The notes under the pieces: model-generated
Seen by the model: only the letters and a program-made list of their open reading frames with translations
Databases searched by the model: none
Told to the model about the DNA's origin: nothing
Source of the DNA: Gemmatimonadota bacterium
Lineage (GTDB): Bacteria; Gemmatimonadota; Gemmatimonadetes; Gemmatimonadales; GWC2-71-9
Assembly: GCA_039590195.1 (NCBI GenBank)
Contig: JBDHFY010000003.1
Location: 4,241 to 68,240, forward strand
Direction of reading: 5' to 3'
Length of the DNA: 64,000 nt
Made by a program: the position numbers and the translations under genes
In this document: positions 19,385 to 28,934 of the stretch, piece by piece
How the letters are laid out: the number at the start of each line of letters is the position of its first letter
How positions within the stretch are numbered: position 1 is the stretch's first letter

Positions 19385-20347
19385 TCACGGCGATGTGAAA
19401 CGCGCCGTGATGCGTTTCTGGTTCGTGCCGTCGACGTCGATCACGAATATGGCCTCGCCGTCGTCCCGTTCCGACGTGAACAGCAGTTTCCTGCCGTCTG
19501 GGGACCACATGGGTAGGTGGTCTGTGCCAGGATGGTTCGTCAGTCGGGTTCGGTGCGTGCCGTCGGCGTGCACCACGTAGATGTCGTGGCTACCGTCCCG
19601 TTCACTGTTGAATGCGAGCATGCGGCCGTCCGGTGACCATGACACACCGTATAGACTGGTACCGTCGTGCGTGAGCTGGACCCTGTTCGAACCATCGAAG
19701 TCAGCGACATACAGCTCGCCGCCGCTGGTGAGATCCGACAAGAAGGCGACTTTCGATCCGTCGGGTGACAGCCGCCCCTCCGACGCGCCCGCTTCCCAGG
19801 CGAGTAAGGTTTCGGATGATGTCCCGTCGGCGGCTGACTTCCATACCTGACGCGGTTCCCCGTCCACGGCGTAGGTGTACAGGATGTGATGTCCGTCGGG
19901 GGACCACGTGGGAACGTACTTTCCGTGGGGGCCGCTCGTGATAGCAGTTTCTCGATGGGTTTCGAGGTGGAGCACGTAGATCTGACTCGTGCCCTTTCCA
20001 TCTGATCGCCAAAAGGCCAACCGCTTGCCGTCGGGGGACCAATCCGGATACCACTCACCGTTGGGGTCGTCGGTCAGGCGGTGTGCTTTTCGAGACTCGA
20101 GGTCCATGCTATAAATGGCCCAGGTGCCGTCTCGATCGGACATGAAAACGACATACTCCCCATCTGGTGACCAGATCGGCCGATGATAGTTGATAGGTGT
20201 CGACTTCTGCGCAACGAGAACGGGGCTCACGGCCACGAAGGTCAGGATAGCTAGGCAGAAGTGGCGGAGGCGATTGATGGGTGGCACGGTGTGTTCTCCG
20301 GTTTGGCGTGGAGGATCGTGGATCGATTTCCTGGTTGGCGTTGGCAA
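19385..20347 (-). CDS. PD40/TolB-like beta-propeller repeat protein
   Basis: 320-aa ORF with a signal peptide and repeated WSPDG..(I/L)(A/V)F.S.RDG....IY motifs (at least 6 blades). Confidence 0.85.
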   Translation of the reverse strand: MPTPTRKSIHDPPRQTGEHTVPPINRLRHFCLAILTFVAVSPVLVAQKSTPINYHRPIWSPDGEYVVFMSDRDGTWAIYSMDLESRKAHRLTDDPNGEWYPDWSPDGKRLAFWRSDGKGTSQIYVLHLETHRETAITSGPHGKYVPTWSPDGHHILYTYAVDGEPRQVWKSAADGTSSETLLAWEAGASEGRLSPDGSKVAFLSDLTSGGELYVADFDGSNRVQLTHDGTSLYGVSWSPDGRMLAFNSERDGSHDIYVVHADGTHRTRLTNHPGTDHLPMWSPDGRKLLFTSERDDGEAIFVIDVDGTNQKRITARFTSP

Positions 20348-20360
20348 CTGTGTCGAGGAC

Positions 20361-22718
20361 CTACGGTCGCCACGCGTATCCCAGTTTCATGAAGAACGTG
20401 CGGCTAGACTGCCTGAGGGGGATCGTTTGGAAACTCTCGTCGGTGGAGCCGAGCCGGGTGTCAGTGTAACCGAGGAAGGCCACCGTCTGAGGATTCACCT
20501 TGTAGGAAAACAGGAATTGCGTGAACAGATTCTGTTCACCGCGATTCACTTCGTCCCCGTACAGAGCAGGGTTCCGATCGGTGTTGCGGAACTGTACGAT
20601 CGCCCGCACGAACGTTCGGGGGTTGAAGTTGTACACCGTACGGACTTGAGTGAGATTGGCTGTGAAGATCTCGGTTCCTTTGGTGGAGAGCCGCTGCAAG
20701 CGATGCGAGAGCCGGAGGTCGACGTGCCGGCCGAGCCGGAGATCGACGGATGGGTTGAGCTCCAGCCGGAATGCCTTCTGCGCGTTGGTGAAGTCGATGG
20801 CATCCCCAGTGTTGAATTGCAGATTCACTCCGACGTTCCCGCTGGGTCGGATGCCCCATCCGCTCCAGAGTCGGGTCTGGGTAAAGATCTGACCCTCGAA
20901 GAACTCGCTGACACGGTCGGGGTTGATCCAAAAGAACGTTTGGAGCGGCCCCTCGAAGTAGATATTGCCCCATACGCCTTCCGTGGTCAGCCGTCCGTCG
21001 AGGTTTTCGTCGCGCCACACCCCTCCGTTCAGCGCGATCTGGGAAAACCCTCCGCCAGGCCGTCCCCAGAACTTGCGCTGGCCCCAAAAGTTGAAGCTGC
21101 GCAGATCCACCTGGTTGATGAACCCCGCATCGGCGCGGAACCCGGGATCGAGCCTTTGATAAAAACCCTGAAATAGCCAGTTGCGCGTCGAGTATTTGAC
21201 GCGCGCTGTGAGCGCATTTCCTCCGAGACCGCGAGTGGCCTGGTCGTTTTCCTCTGCCAGCGAATCCGGATAGTCGGTTCCGGCACGAAGATATTGGAAC
21301 TGGACGGTGAGAGGATTCCACGGCCGGAGGAATCCATCCACGCCACCCACACGGTTGTGGTAAGCGTCGCCTTCCCGGCCGGTGTAGAGTACGCCGAGGG
21401 TCGATGAGGCACCTACGTCTCGGCGAAACCGCGCCACCACGGTCGTCATGTCTTGTTCCAACGAGGCACTGGAAGAGCCCTGGTTACCCGGAAACACGAA
21501 ATTGCTCGTCCGGTCTCGCGCGACGATCGTACCAACCGCATTCGCACCCGTCTTGCCCGTGAGCTTGGTGCCGACGAGCGGGTCGGCGATGGTGCGGGTG
21601 AACACGGCCCGCAGCGGCGTGCTGAAGAAGTCTGCCCCCTCCAAGAAGAAGGGACGCTTCTCTGGAAAGAAGAGCGCGAAGCGGTTATTCACGTCGAGCT
21701 GAGCGACATCGGCTTCGACTTGGGAGAAATCGGGATTCACCGTCGTATTGACGGTAAGATCCGACGTGATTCCCCAGCGAAGATCCAATCCCGGCTCGGC
21801 GTCTAGCGAGCCCCGCGCGAGCGGGTCTGTTGGAAACTCGTCCCGGCTGTCGGTACGGGAGCTGGTAATTGTCGGCACCAGCTCGAGGTTGACTCCTGGC
21901 GAAATGCCCTGAAAGCCGGTGGCCAGGTTGGCCTGGCACAGCATGCAGCTGTTGTTGCGATCGAGCCGCATGGAGCGAAACTCGACCGCCTCGCTCCTGG
22001 GCCACTGCCGCCACGCAAAGATGCCCCATGTCTGAATGCCAGCCGAGCTCGGAAATCGCAGCGAGCGAAACGGGATCGCCGCTTCCACGATGTAGCCGCT
22101 ATCGGTGATGCGGCCGGCCGAAGTCCAGATGGCGTCCCAGGACCGATCGGTCCAGCCCTGTTGCTGGTCGAATACCCCATCGGACTGAACCCCCAACGCC
22201 GTGATGCCGAACTCGAAGGCGCGGCGGGTGTCGTTGAACGGATCGATGGTGAAGCCCACCCGGTCGTGTTCGTCCACATCATCGCGGTCCGTGACGAACG
22301 CGCGGATGCTCGCGGGGTCAGGATCGAAGGCCTCGCACGCCAAATAGAGGTTGGCATCGTCGTACGTGACGTGACAGCGCGTTTCCGCTCTGGCGGGCGT
22401 GTTGTCGCCCGGTGACGTCTCGAACGGCAGCGACAACCGCATGGCGGATGTCCAGGCGGCCTCGTCGAGAGCACCGTCCACGCGAATCGTCGATTCAGCG
22501 CGATCCACCAGGAACTCCTCGCGGGCAGAGGAGGCGAAGATCGGGGGTTCCATCGATGCCTCGGTCTGGGCGGCGGCGGCTGCCGGAAGGCCGGCGGTCA
22601 GGCTGACCGCGACGCTCAGGAGCACGAACGAGCTGGAACTCGCCAGAGCGAGATCTCGACCCCGCGAGGTTGAAGGTGCCAGAGGCACCTGGCCCTGCGC
22701 CTGTTGATCCCTAATCAC
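20361..22718 (-). CDS. DUF5916 outer-membrane protein with N-terminal CBM9-like domain
   Basis: ORF 20361-22898. The start is provisionally moved to the GTG at 22718, which has GGAGAGGAG 8 nt upstream. Signal peptide ...SFVLLSVAVSLTAGLPAAAAAQ. It has a CBM9-like region (IRVDGALDEAAW...YDDANLYLACEAFD...DRVGFTIDPFND) and ends in the beta-barrel-like FMKLGYAWRP. The start is uncertain. Confidence 0.75.
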   Translation of the reverse strand: MIRDQQAQGQVPLAPSTSRGRDLALASSSSFVLLSVAVSLTAGLPAAAAAQTEASMEPPIFASSAREEFLVDRAESTIRVDGALDEAAWTSAMRLSLPFETSPGDNTPARAETRCHVTYDDANLYLACEAFDPDPASIRAFVTDRDDVDEHDRVGFTIDPFNDTRRAFEFGITALGVQSDGVFDQQQGWTDRSWDAIWTSAGRITDSGYIVEAAIPFRSLRFPSSAGIQTWGIFAWRQWPRSEAVEFRSMRLDRNNSCMLCQANLATGFQGISPGVNLELVPTITSSRTDSRDEFPTDPLARGSLDAEPGLDLRWGITSDLTVNTTVNPDFSQVEADVAQLDVNNRFALFFPEKRPFFLEGADFFSTPLRAVFTRTIADPLVGTKLTGKTGANAVGTIVARDRTSNFVFPGNQGSSSASLEQDMTTVVARFRRDVGASSTLGVLYTGREGDAYHNRVGGVDGFLRPWNPLTVQFQYLRAGTDYPDSLAEENDQATRGLGGNALTARVKYSTRNWLFQGFYQRLDPGFRADAGFINQVDLRSFNFWGQRKFWGRPGGGFSQIALNGGVWRDENLDGRLTTEGVWGNIYFEGPLQTFFWINPDRVSEFFEGQIFTQTRLWSGWGIRPSGNVGVNLQFNTGDAIDFTNAQKAFRLELNPSVDLRLGRHVDLRLSHRLQRLSTKGTEIFTANLTQVRTVYNFNPRTFVRAIVQFRNTDRNPALYGDEVNRGEQNLFTQFLFSYKVNPQTVAFLGYTDTRLGSTDESFQTIPLRQSSRTFFMKLGYAWRP

Positions 22719-22975
22719 TTGTGGTCTCCTCTCCCAACGGAGTTCGCCTTCGGCACCAACCCACCGCTGCAGTCCACTCGGTGGGCCCTGACGCATACCA
22801 GCATGGAGCCGAAGGACCCGGACGAATGGAGGGGGCTTCATCGGGATCCCAGTGCAGTTACAGAAATGAACCTTAGTGCTCATTAAGAGTATACTCATGA
22901 TGAGTGTAGGAGTTCCCGGCGGCCGGGCCGGTGAAGCTGGCTGTTTGGTGGGGGATGAGGGTGTTATTATCTGAT

Positions 22976-22992
22976 ATGCTCAAAACGAGCAT
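22976..22992. promoter_or_regulatory. Candidate PadR operator (ATGCTC-N5-GAGCAT inverted repeat)
   Basis: Perfect 6-bp arms about 60 nt upstream of the PadR ATG at 23050. The architecture resembles the ATGT-N8-ACAT PadR operators described for other family members. Confidence 0.3.
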
Positions 22993-23049
22993 TTGGGGTC
23001 GGTTCGCCGGCTCTCACGTGGAAACGACTCGCTGCTCTTGGGGTATTGC

Positions 23050-23412
23050 ATGGTCGCACGTATTCGCAGTGAGGACATCGAAAGCCATTTGCCGTTGAGG
23101 CCGGTCGAGTTCTTCGTGCTGGCGGTCTTGAAGGACGGCCCGCTGCACGGCTACGGCATTGTCCAGGAGGTGGGCCGGCGCACGACTGACCGGATCCGCA
23201 TCCGGCCGGGGAACCTGTACCGGGTGCTCGATCGCATGATGGAACGAGACCTCCTCGAGGTAGCGGAACGGCGGGTGGTCCACGACCTGGACGCCGAGCG
23301 TAGGACGTACTATCGGATCACACCGCTTGGGCGGCGGGTCGTTGCCGCCGAGGCGGAGATGCTTGGAGAGTTTGTAGCGGACGTCACCGGCAAGGCATTT
23401 CGACAGGTTTGA
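23050..23412 (+). CDS. PadR-family transcriptional regulator
   Basis: ORF 22993-23412 trimmed to MVARIRSEDIE... Motifs FFVLAVLKDGPLHGYGIVQEV...GNLYRVLDRMMERDLL...RRTYYRITPLG. Confidence 0.9.
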   Translation: MVARIRSEDIESHLPLRPVEFFVLAVLKDGPLHGYGIVQEVGRRTTDRIRIRPGNLYRVLDRMMERDLLEVAERRVVHDLDAERRTYYRITPLGRRVVAAEAEMLGEFVADVTGKAFRQV

Positions 23413-26165
23413 TGAATCGACCCACGCCTTGGAGTGAACGGGTTCTCCGGTTCCTCCTCGTCGTCTATCCTCCGCACTTCAGAGAGCGGCACCAGCGGGA
23501 GCTGGTGGAGCTCTATCGCGACGCGTACGACACGGGCGGTCCGCTTGGGCGGCTGCGGCTGTGTCTGAGAGTCGGATGGGACACCGTAGTCTGCGGCGTG
23601 CCGGCCAGATGGGACGCCCTCTGGAGCCGTCGTCGCCGCAGGGGATCTCGGCCTGTGGTCTTTCCACGGGCCGCCGTCCATCCCTGGCGTTCTCACAGAA
23701 GCGGTTTCGGGGAGATGCTGTGGCACGACAGCCGTTACGCTCTCCGGACGCTCCTGAAGCAGCCAGGGTATGCCCTTGTGGTGCTGCTCACGCTCGCCCT
23801 CGGCATCGGTGCGAACTCGGCGATCTTCAGCGTAGTCAACGGCGTGTTGCTGCGGCCGCTCCCGTATGATGGTGGAGAGCGGGTGGTGCGGCTCCAGCAG
23901 TCGGTGCGGCGGACAACGGTTGCAGAGATGGGATTCTCTGTGCCGGAGGTAGCCGACTACCGGGATGAGACATCGACGCTCGACGGCGTGGTGGAGTATC
24001 ACACTCTGTGGTTCACCCTCGTCAATGCGGGAGATCCCGAGAGGGTCCAGACCGGGGTCGTTTCCTGGAACTACTTTGATGTCCTGGGGGTCCGACCGCT
24101 GTACGGACGTGCGCTCGTCGAGGCAGACGATCATCCAGGGGCAGCGCCGGTTCTGGTGTTGAGCCACCACTATTGGAAACGGCGCTTTGGGGGCGATCCG
24201 GAGGTCGTGGGCAAGACGGTCAAACTCAATGGCATGCCCCACCTGATCGTCGGCGTTCTTCCCCCTATCCCGCGGTACCCCAATGCAGCCGATGACGTGT
24301 ACATGCCGGCGTCGGCTTGCCCGTTCCGCACGCCGGAGTGGCTCGATAACCGCGACATCAGGGCGCTGACGGTCTTCGGCCGCATCAAGGGGGGTGCCAC
24401 GATCGATGGCGCGCGTCGCGACATCGAGCGCGTCGCGATCCGCTTGCGTCACCGGCATCCCGATTCGTATCCCCCGGCCGGGGAACACACCATCGCGGCG
24501 ACTCCCCTCTATGAGGAATTGACCCAGGAGGCACGTCCCACGCTGGTCATGCTGTTGGCGACCGCTGGATTCGTGCTCCTGATTGTGTGCGCCAACGTGG
24601 CAAACCTCACCCTGGCCCGGCTCATGCGGCGTGGGCGCGAGATCACGATACGCTCGGCGCTCGGGGCGGGGCGACGGCGGCTGATGCAGCAGTTGTTGAC
24701 CGAGAGTTGTGTGCTTGCGCTGCTCGGCGGAGGGCTCGGCCTGTTGCTCGCCATTGCCGGCTTGGATCTGCTGGTGGACTTCGCAGGCCGCTTCACGGTG
24801 AGGACGGAGGAGATCGGTGTCGACGGAACAGTGGCTGCCTTCACGCTCGTGATATCGCTCGCCACGGGTGTAGCCGTCGGGTTAGTGCCGGCCCTGCCGC
24901 GACACCCGCTGTTACAAGAGGGGCTCAAGGAGGGGGGAGCGCGAGTCTCGGCCGGCGGGCGTGTCCATCGTATGCGCAGCGCGCTCATCGTGGCGCAACT
25001 TGCCGTGTCATTTATCCTCTTGTCCGGCGCCGGCCTGATGGTCCGCAGCCTGCTCAAGCTCCAGGATGTGGATCCTGGCTTCAATGCGGCCAATGTCCTC
25101 ACGATGCGGCTCGACCTCGATTTCTTCCGCTACACCCCCCAGGGTCGAGTCCGGATCGGCAGAGATTCGACGGGTCCGGGACCCATCGATTTCTACGCAA
25201 CGTTGTTGGATCGACTTCGTTGGCGCAGAGGCATCGAATCGTACGCGCTCGCTGGCGACGTCCCACTCCAGGGCGGGCTGCCCACGGTGGGGTTTTGGGT
25301 CGATCACTCGCTCTCCGGTGACGAAGTTGCCGAACCGGCGCAGTTGAATGTTGTCAGCGAAGATTATTTCCGCACGGTCGGTGTGAGCCTGCTTACGGGA
25401 CGCACTTTCAAGAAGAGTGATCGCCAAGGCACCCAACGGGTGGCGGTGGTCAACCGAGGTATGGCTGTGCGCCATTGGGGGTTGGACAAGGCAGTGGGAC
25501 AACGAATCTCCATGGACCGCGAGAACTGGATCACGGTCGTCGGCGTCGTCAATGACGTCAGGCAGGACGGCCTGGCCAGTACGGCTCCCGATCAGGTCTA
25601 TTTCCCGCTGCGGCAATCTTCCTGGGAAGGAGCTACCCTCTTTGTGCGGGCCGCCTGCGAGGCCACGGCGTTGACGGGAGATATTGTCAGCACCGTGCGC
25701 CAGGTGGACCCGCAGCAGCCCGTGGCGTTCGTTCGGACTCTCGCGCAGGTTCGCGACGATTCCCTAGCTTCTTCGCGGTTGTCCGCGGTGCTGCTCGGGA
25801 TGTTTGCCTCGCTGGCTCTGATCATATCGGCGGCGGGGATCGCCGGCGTGATAGGCTACGCGGTCACGCAGCGGACCCATGAGATCGGGATCCGGATCGC
25901 TCTTGGGGCGGGGCAGGGGCGGGTGATCACCATGGTGCTGCGGCAGGGGGCGATGCTCATCGCGATCGGGCTGGGGCTCGGCGCGCTGGGTTCGCTCGCG
26001 CTCACGCAGCTCATGGGCTCACTGCTCTTCGAGGTGAAGCCGACCGACCCGCTTACCTACGTTGCTGTCATGGCGACGCTTGCGGGCGTCGCCGCCGTCG
26101 CCGTTCTCCTCCCCGCCCGCCGCGCGATCTCCATCGATCCCGTGCGCGTGTTGTCCAGCGAGTAG
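23409..26165 (+). CDS. ADOP-type duplicated FtsX/MacB ABC transporter permease
   Basis: 918-aa ORF whose start overlaps the PadR stop by 4 bp. It has the same architecture as 3199-5874 (prefix domain, LWHDSRYALRTLLKQPGYALV..., C-terminal LLPARRAISIDPVRVLSSE). Confidence 0.9.
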   Translation: MMNRPTPWSERVLRFLLVVYPPHFRERHQRELVELYRDAYDTGGPLGRLRLCLRVGWDTVVCGVPARWDALWSRRRRRGSRPVVFPRAAVHPWRSHRSGFGEMLWHDSRYALRTLLKQPGYALVVLLTLALGIGANSAIFSVVNGVLLRPLPYDGGERVVRLQQSVRRTTVAEMGFSVPEVADYRDETSTLDGVVEYHTLWFTLVNAGDPERVQTGVVSWNYFDVLGVRPLYGRALVEADDHPGAAPVLVLSHHYWKRRFGGDPEVVGKTVKLNGMPHLIVGVLPPIPRYPNAADDVYMPASACPFRTPEWLDNRDIRALTVFGRIKGGATIDGARRDIERVAIRLRHRHPDSYPPAGEHTIAATPLYEELTQEARPTLVMLLATAGFVLLIVCANVANLTLARLMRRGREITIRSALGAGRRRLMQQLLTESCVLALLGGGLGLLLAIAGLDLLVDFAGRFTVRTEEIGVDGTVAAFTLVISLATGVAVGLVPALPRHPLLQEGLKEGGARVSAGGRVHRMRSALIVAQLAVSFILLSGAGLMVRSLLKLQDVDPGFNAANVLTMRLDLDFFRYTPQGRVRIGRDSTGPGPIDFYATLLDRLRWRRGIESYALAGDVPLQGGLPTVGFWVDHSLSGDEVAEPAQLNVVSEDYFRTVGVSLLTGRTFKKSDRQGTQRVAVVNRGMAVRHWGLDKAVGQRISMDRENWITVVGVVNDVRQDGLASTAPDQVYFPLRQSSWEGATLFVRAACEATALTGDIVSTVRQVDPQQPVAFVRTLAQVRDDSLASSRLSAVLLGMFASLALIISAAGIAGVIGYAVTQRTHEIGIRIALGAGQGRVITMVLRQGAMLIAIGLGLGALGSLALTQLMGSLLFEVKPTDPLTYVAVMATLAGVAAVAVLLPARRAISIDPVRVLSSE

Positions 26166-26219
26166 CGGGGAGTAGGGCCGCGTGGAGCGGACGGAGCCCT
26201 GTCGGAACATCGCAACGTC

Positions 26220-27221
26220 TCACACAGCTTCGAGGATTCTTCGGAGCTGCTCCCCGTAGCGTGCGCTCTCCGCGTCGTCTGTCACGATCTCGATCGCGTC
26301 AGGTCCATTGATGCCGATGCCAAGCTCCACGGCGCGGGCGATCTGCTCCAAACCAAAGATCGTACCTTGCGACACTTCTGGCGTAGTACCCTTCTCTCTG
26401 AGAATGGCTACACCCACCGCGTCGATGGCCACCCGGTCGGTGGATGCCAGGACGACATTGGGCCGGGCGGTGGGGCCAGCGTCTGGTCCGCGGCTCGTGA
26501 AGCAGTCGATCGCGTCCATCACGATCAACGCGGGCGTGTAGGCGAGGTTTAGCTCCGCGATCATGTGCCGTTGGAAGCTCGAGCCGTGTAGCTCCTGCAT
26601 GAAGTCGTGCTCGATTCCCGGGACTGTCTTCGCAACCATGCCCACACTGTTCTTCAGCGACATGGTGAAATGGCCGCCGTACCGGTGGGTCTTGAGACAG
26701 CAGGTCTGCACGATGGCATCGACATCCTGGAACACCCGACCCAGGTAGAAGCCCTGTTGCCAGTGCAGGTCGCGATGCGTCACGTGACTCCACTGCTCGG
26801 CGGGCAAGTTCACGAGAGGGAGTGTCTCGAATCCGATGGCGTTCGCCATCTCCAACACGCCCTTCCTTCGCATCACCCGTCCCGCATCTCCCATTCCGCT
26901 GCGGTCGGCCACGGTGATCCGATTCGCCCCGAAACTCTTGAGCAGCCGGACGAGTGCGTTCAGGGTGTCGTTGTGGGTCGATCCTGGGAAGTCGTCGGCG
27001 CTGTTGAAGTTGGGTTTGACGGCCACCCACTTGCCGGCTATCTGCGGCGCGCCGATCAACTCGATCGCTTTGCGAATGGCGGGCTCGCGGCCGCCGGATC
27101 CGGCGTGTACAAGGCTTACTCGGGCGGTGGGCGGTGACGGCCAGCCGAGCTTCCCTGTGGTGAAGGCTGCGAGGCCGACGGTGGATGTCTTGACGAAATC
27201 TCTGCGGCTCCAATGACTCAT
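26220..27221 (-). CDS. DUF362 domain protein with Tat signal
   Basis: ORF 26220-27269 trimmed to MSHWSRRDFVKTSTVGLAAFTTG (twin-arginine motif). DUF362 core AVKPNFNSAD...CLKTHRYGGHFTMSLKNSVG. Confidence 0.8.
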   Translation of the reverse strand: MSHWSRRDFVKTSTVGLAAFTTGKLGWPSPPTARVSLVHAGSGGREPAIRKAIELIGAPQIAGKWVAVKPNFNSADDFPGSTHNDTLNALVRLLKSFGANRITVADRSGMGDAGRVMRRKGVLEMANAIGFETLPLVNLPAEQWSHVTHRDLHWQQGFYLGRVFQDVDAIVQTCCLKTHRYGGHFTMSLKNSVGMVAKTVPGIEHDFMQELHGSSFQRHMIAELNLAYTPALIVMDAIDCFTSRGPDAGPTARPNVVLASTDRVAIDAVGVAILREKGTTPEVSQGTIFGLEQIARAVELGIGINGPDAIEIVTDDAESARYGEQLRRILEAV

Positions 27222-27241
27222 GTTAGCCTCCTCGCCCTGAT

Positions 27242-27275
27242 CCCCCCCATCCCCCCCCCAAGAGGTCACCCACCC
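27242..27275 (-). other. G-run cluster (G-quadruplex-type motif) on the sense strand just upstream of the DUF362 RBS
   Basis: The minus strand reads GGGTGGGTGACCTCTTGGGGGGGGGATGGGGGGGATCAGGGCGAGGAGGCTAACATG. That gives four or more G3+ runs within ~35 nt, ending ~20 nt before the ATG at 27221. Confidence 0.5.
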
Positions 27276-27385
27276 ATCACCAAACGGTCAAGGGGAGTCC
27301 GGGATCTCGAGAGTACAGCACAATACCATGCGACTCCGCACGTGAAAGGTTCATGAATAACCGATGAACTAGAGTGACCACTCCG

Positions 27386-28207
27386 TCACAAGATGTATGC
27401 CTTGTGCTCGGCGTGTTGGGTCCTCGCCCGCACTCTCCAGAACCAGTAGGCCACAACCAGGGATATGATTGCCAGCGCCGCTCCGAACTCGCCGGTGATG
27501 TACTCCGTGATGCCGACGTCCGTCGTGACCTGATCGAAAAACCCCTGGATGTACAGGTTGTGGCTCGCGTGGAGGAACATCGCAGTCCACACGCTGCCGG
27601 CCACTAGGCGGATCCATGCGAACGCGAAGCTGATCCCCACGACCATGATGGTAAAACACAACAGCCCGTACACCGCCGGTGTTCCGGCGTTATAGTCGGC
27701 GAAGAGCAGCACCGGGTAATGCCACACCGACCAGATGATGCCGCTCAATAACGACGTGTTGCGGAAGCTCGTGAGCTTCGCCAGCTCCGGAACGAGGAGA
27801 CCCCGCCAGCCGATCTCCTCGCCGAGGGCGTAGAGGCACGACATCAGCGTCCCAAGAGCTACGAACCGCAGGGGGTTGACTGAAAACCCCCGGCTGATGC
27901 CGCCAAGGCCCACGAGCCACACAATGCCATAGGCCACGAGCGCGTAGCCGATGGGCAGCAAGTAACTAAGCGCCTGATAGCGTGTCTTGCCCCATCCCCA
28001 GCCCATGCCCCGCAGGTTCTTCTGATACGCCAAACGCGTAATGATCGCGGCGATGCCTGGGCACCACATCAAGCCGAGCACAAAGAGGCCGCTGCCCGCC
28101 CCCAGCGTGCCAGCAGAGATGATCAGGTAGTAGAAGATGGAACTCAGGGCGAGGGTGAGTATGAGGAACGTCACAACGTTGCGGCGGGTCTCGTTGGGAG
28201 GTGTCAT
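27386..28207 (-). CDS. CPBP-family intramembrane glutamic endopeptidase
   Basis: 273-aa polytopic ORF with the three CPBP motifs: LGEEIGWRGLL (EExxxR), IWSVWHYP (FxxxH-like) and FLHASHNLYIQ (HxxxN). Confidence 0.85.
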   Translation of the reverse strand: MTPPNETRRNVVTFLILTLALSSIFYYLIISAGTLGAGSGLFVLGLMWCPGIAAIITRLAYQKNLRGMGWGWGKTRYQALSYLLPIGYALVAYGIVWLVGLGGISRGFSVNPLRFVALGTLMSCLYALGEEIGWRGLLVPELAKLTSFRNTSLLSGIIWSVWHYPVLLFADYNAGTPAVYGLLCFTIMVVGISFAFAWIRLVAGSVWTAMFLHASHNLYIQGFFDQVTTDVGITEYITGEFGAALAIISLVVAYWFWRVRARTQHAEHKAYIL

Positions 28208-28313
28208 TTCTTCTTTCTCGTCATCGTGTGTTCGTGACGGGCGTCAGAGCCTGCCGGCGGCAGGTGGCCAGCTTTCGCATGGCGTATTGCGTGGAAGGAT
28301 AGCCACCCCGTTC

Positions 28314-28934
28314 TCACTCGATCTTGGGGCGGGGCAGGATGATGGTCTTGCCCAACAACGCGTAGGCGCTGGCCCACAGGCGGGCTACGGGCTTGAGCGA
28401 TTCCGTCTCGACGCTGCGTGTGCCCGACACGAAGTGAAGGGCCGAGTCCAAGCGTATCATGAACACCTCGCCGATCACAAAGGCATTCGATGCGCCCCGC
28501 AGTTCGACCTCTTGGAAGAGCCGGCACTCGAACACCGCTGGACAGTCCGCCACGTACGGCGCATGGATCGACTCCGCGCGGGCCATGGATAGCCCGGCCA
28601 CGCGAAACTCGTCGATGTCCGCCGGATAGTCTCCCGATGTCGCGTTCATGGCTTCGAGGTGAGGTTCCGTCACGACGTTCACCGTGAAGGCACCCGTCTC
28701 CCGAACGTTGGTCAGCGTGTCCTTCGCCTCCCCCTTCCGTTGGCCTATCGATGCCCCCACCAGCATGGGCGTCGCGGAGAGGGCCGCGTAAAAGCTGAAA
28801 GGAGCGAGATTCGGCACGCCGGCCTTGGAGAATGTGCCAAGCCACCCGATGGGTCGAGGAACGACGAGGGAGGAGAGGAGCTGGTAGCGCTCCTTGGTGG
28901 AGATTGTATCGGTGCGGATGATTGAAGTTTCCAT
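28314..28934 (-). CDS. Flavin reductase-like FMN-binding domain protein
   Basis: 206-aa ORF: LVVPRPIGWLGT...G.PNLAPFSFY...P.LVGASIG.....KDTL.N..ETG.FTVNVV, typical of the flavin reductase (HpaC/NADH:FMN) family. Confidence 0.8.
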   Translation of the reverse strand: METSIIRTDTISTKERYQLLSSLVVPRPIGWLGTFSKAGVPNLAPFSFYAALSATPMLVGASIGQRKGEAKDTLTNVRETGAFTVNVVTEPHLEAMNATSGDYPADIDEFRVAGLSMARAESIHAPYVADCPAVFECRLFQEVELRGASNAFVIGEVFMIRLDSALHFVSGTRSVETESLKPVARLWASAYALLGKTIILPRPKIE

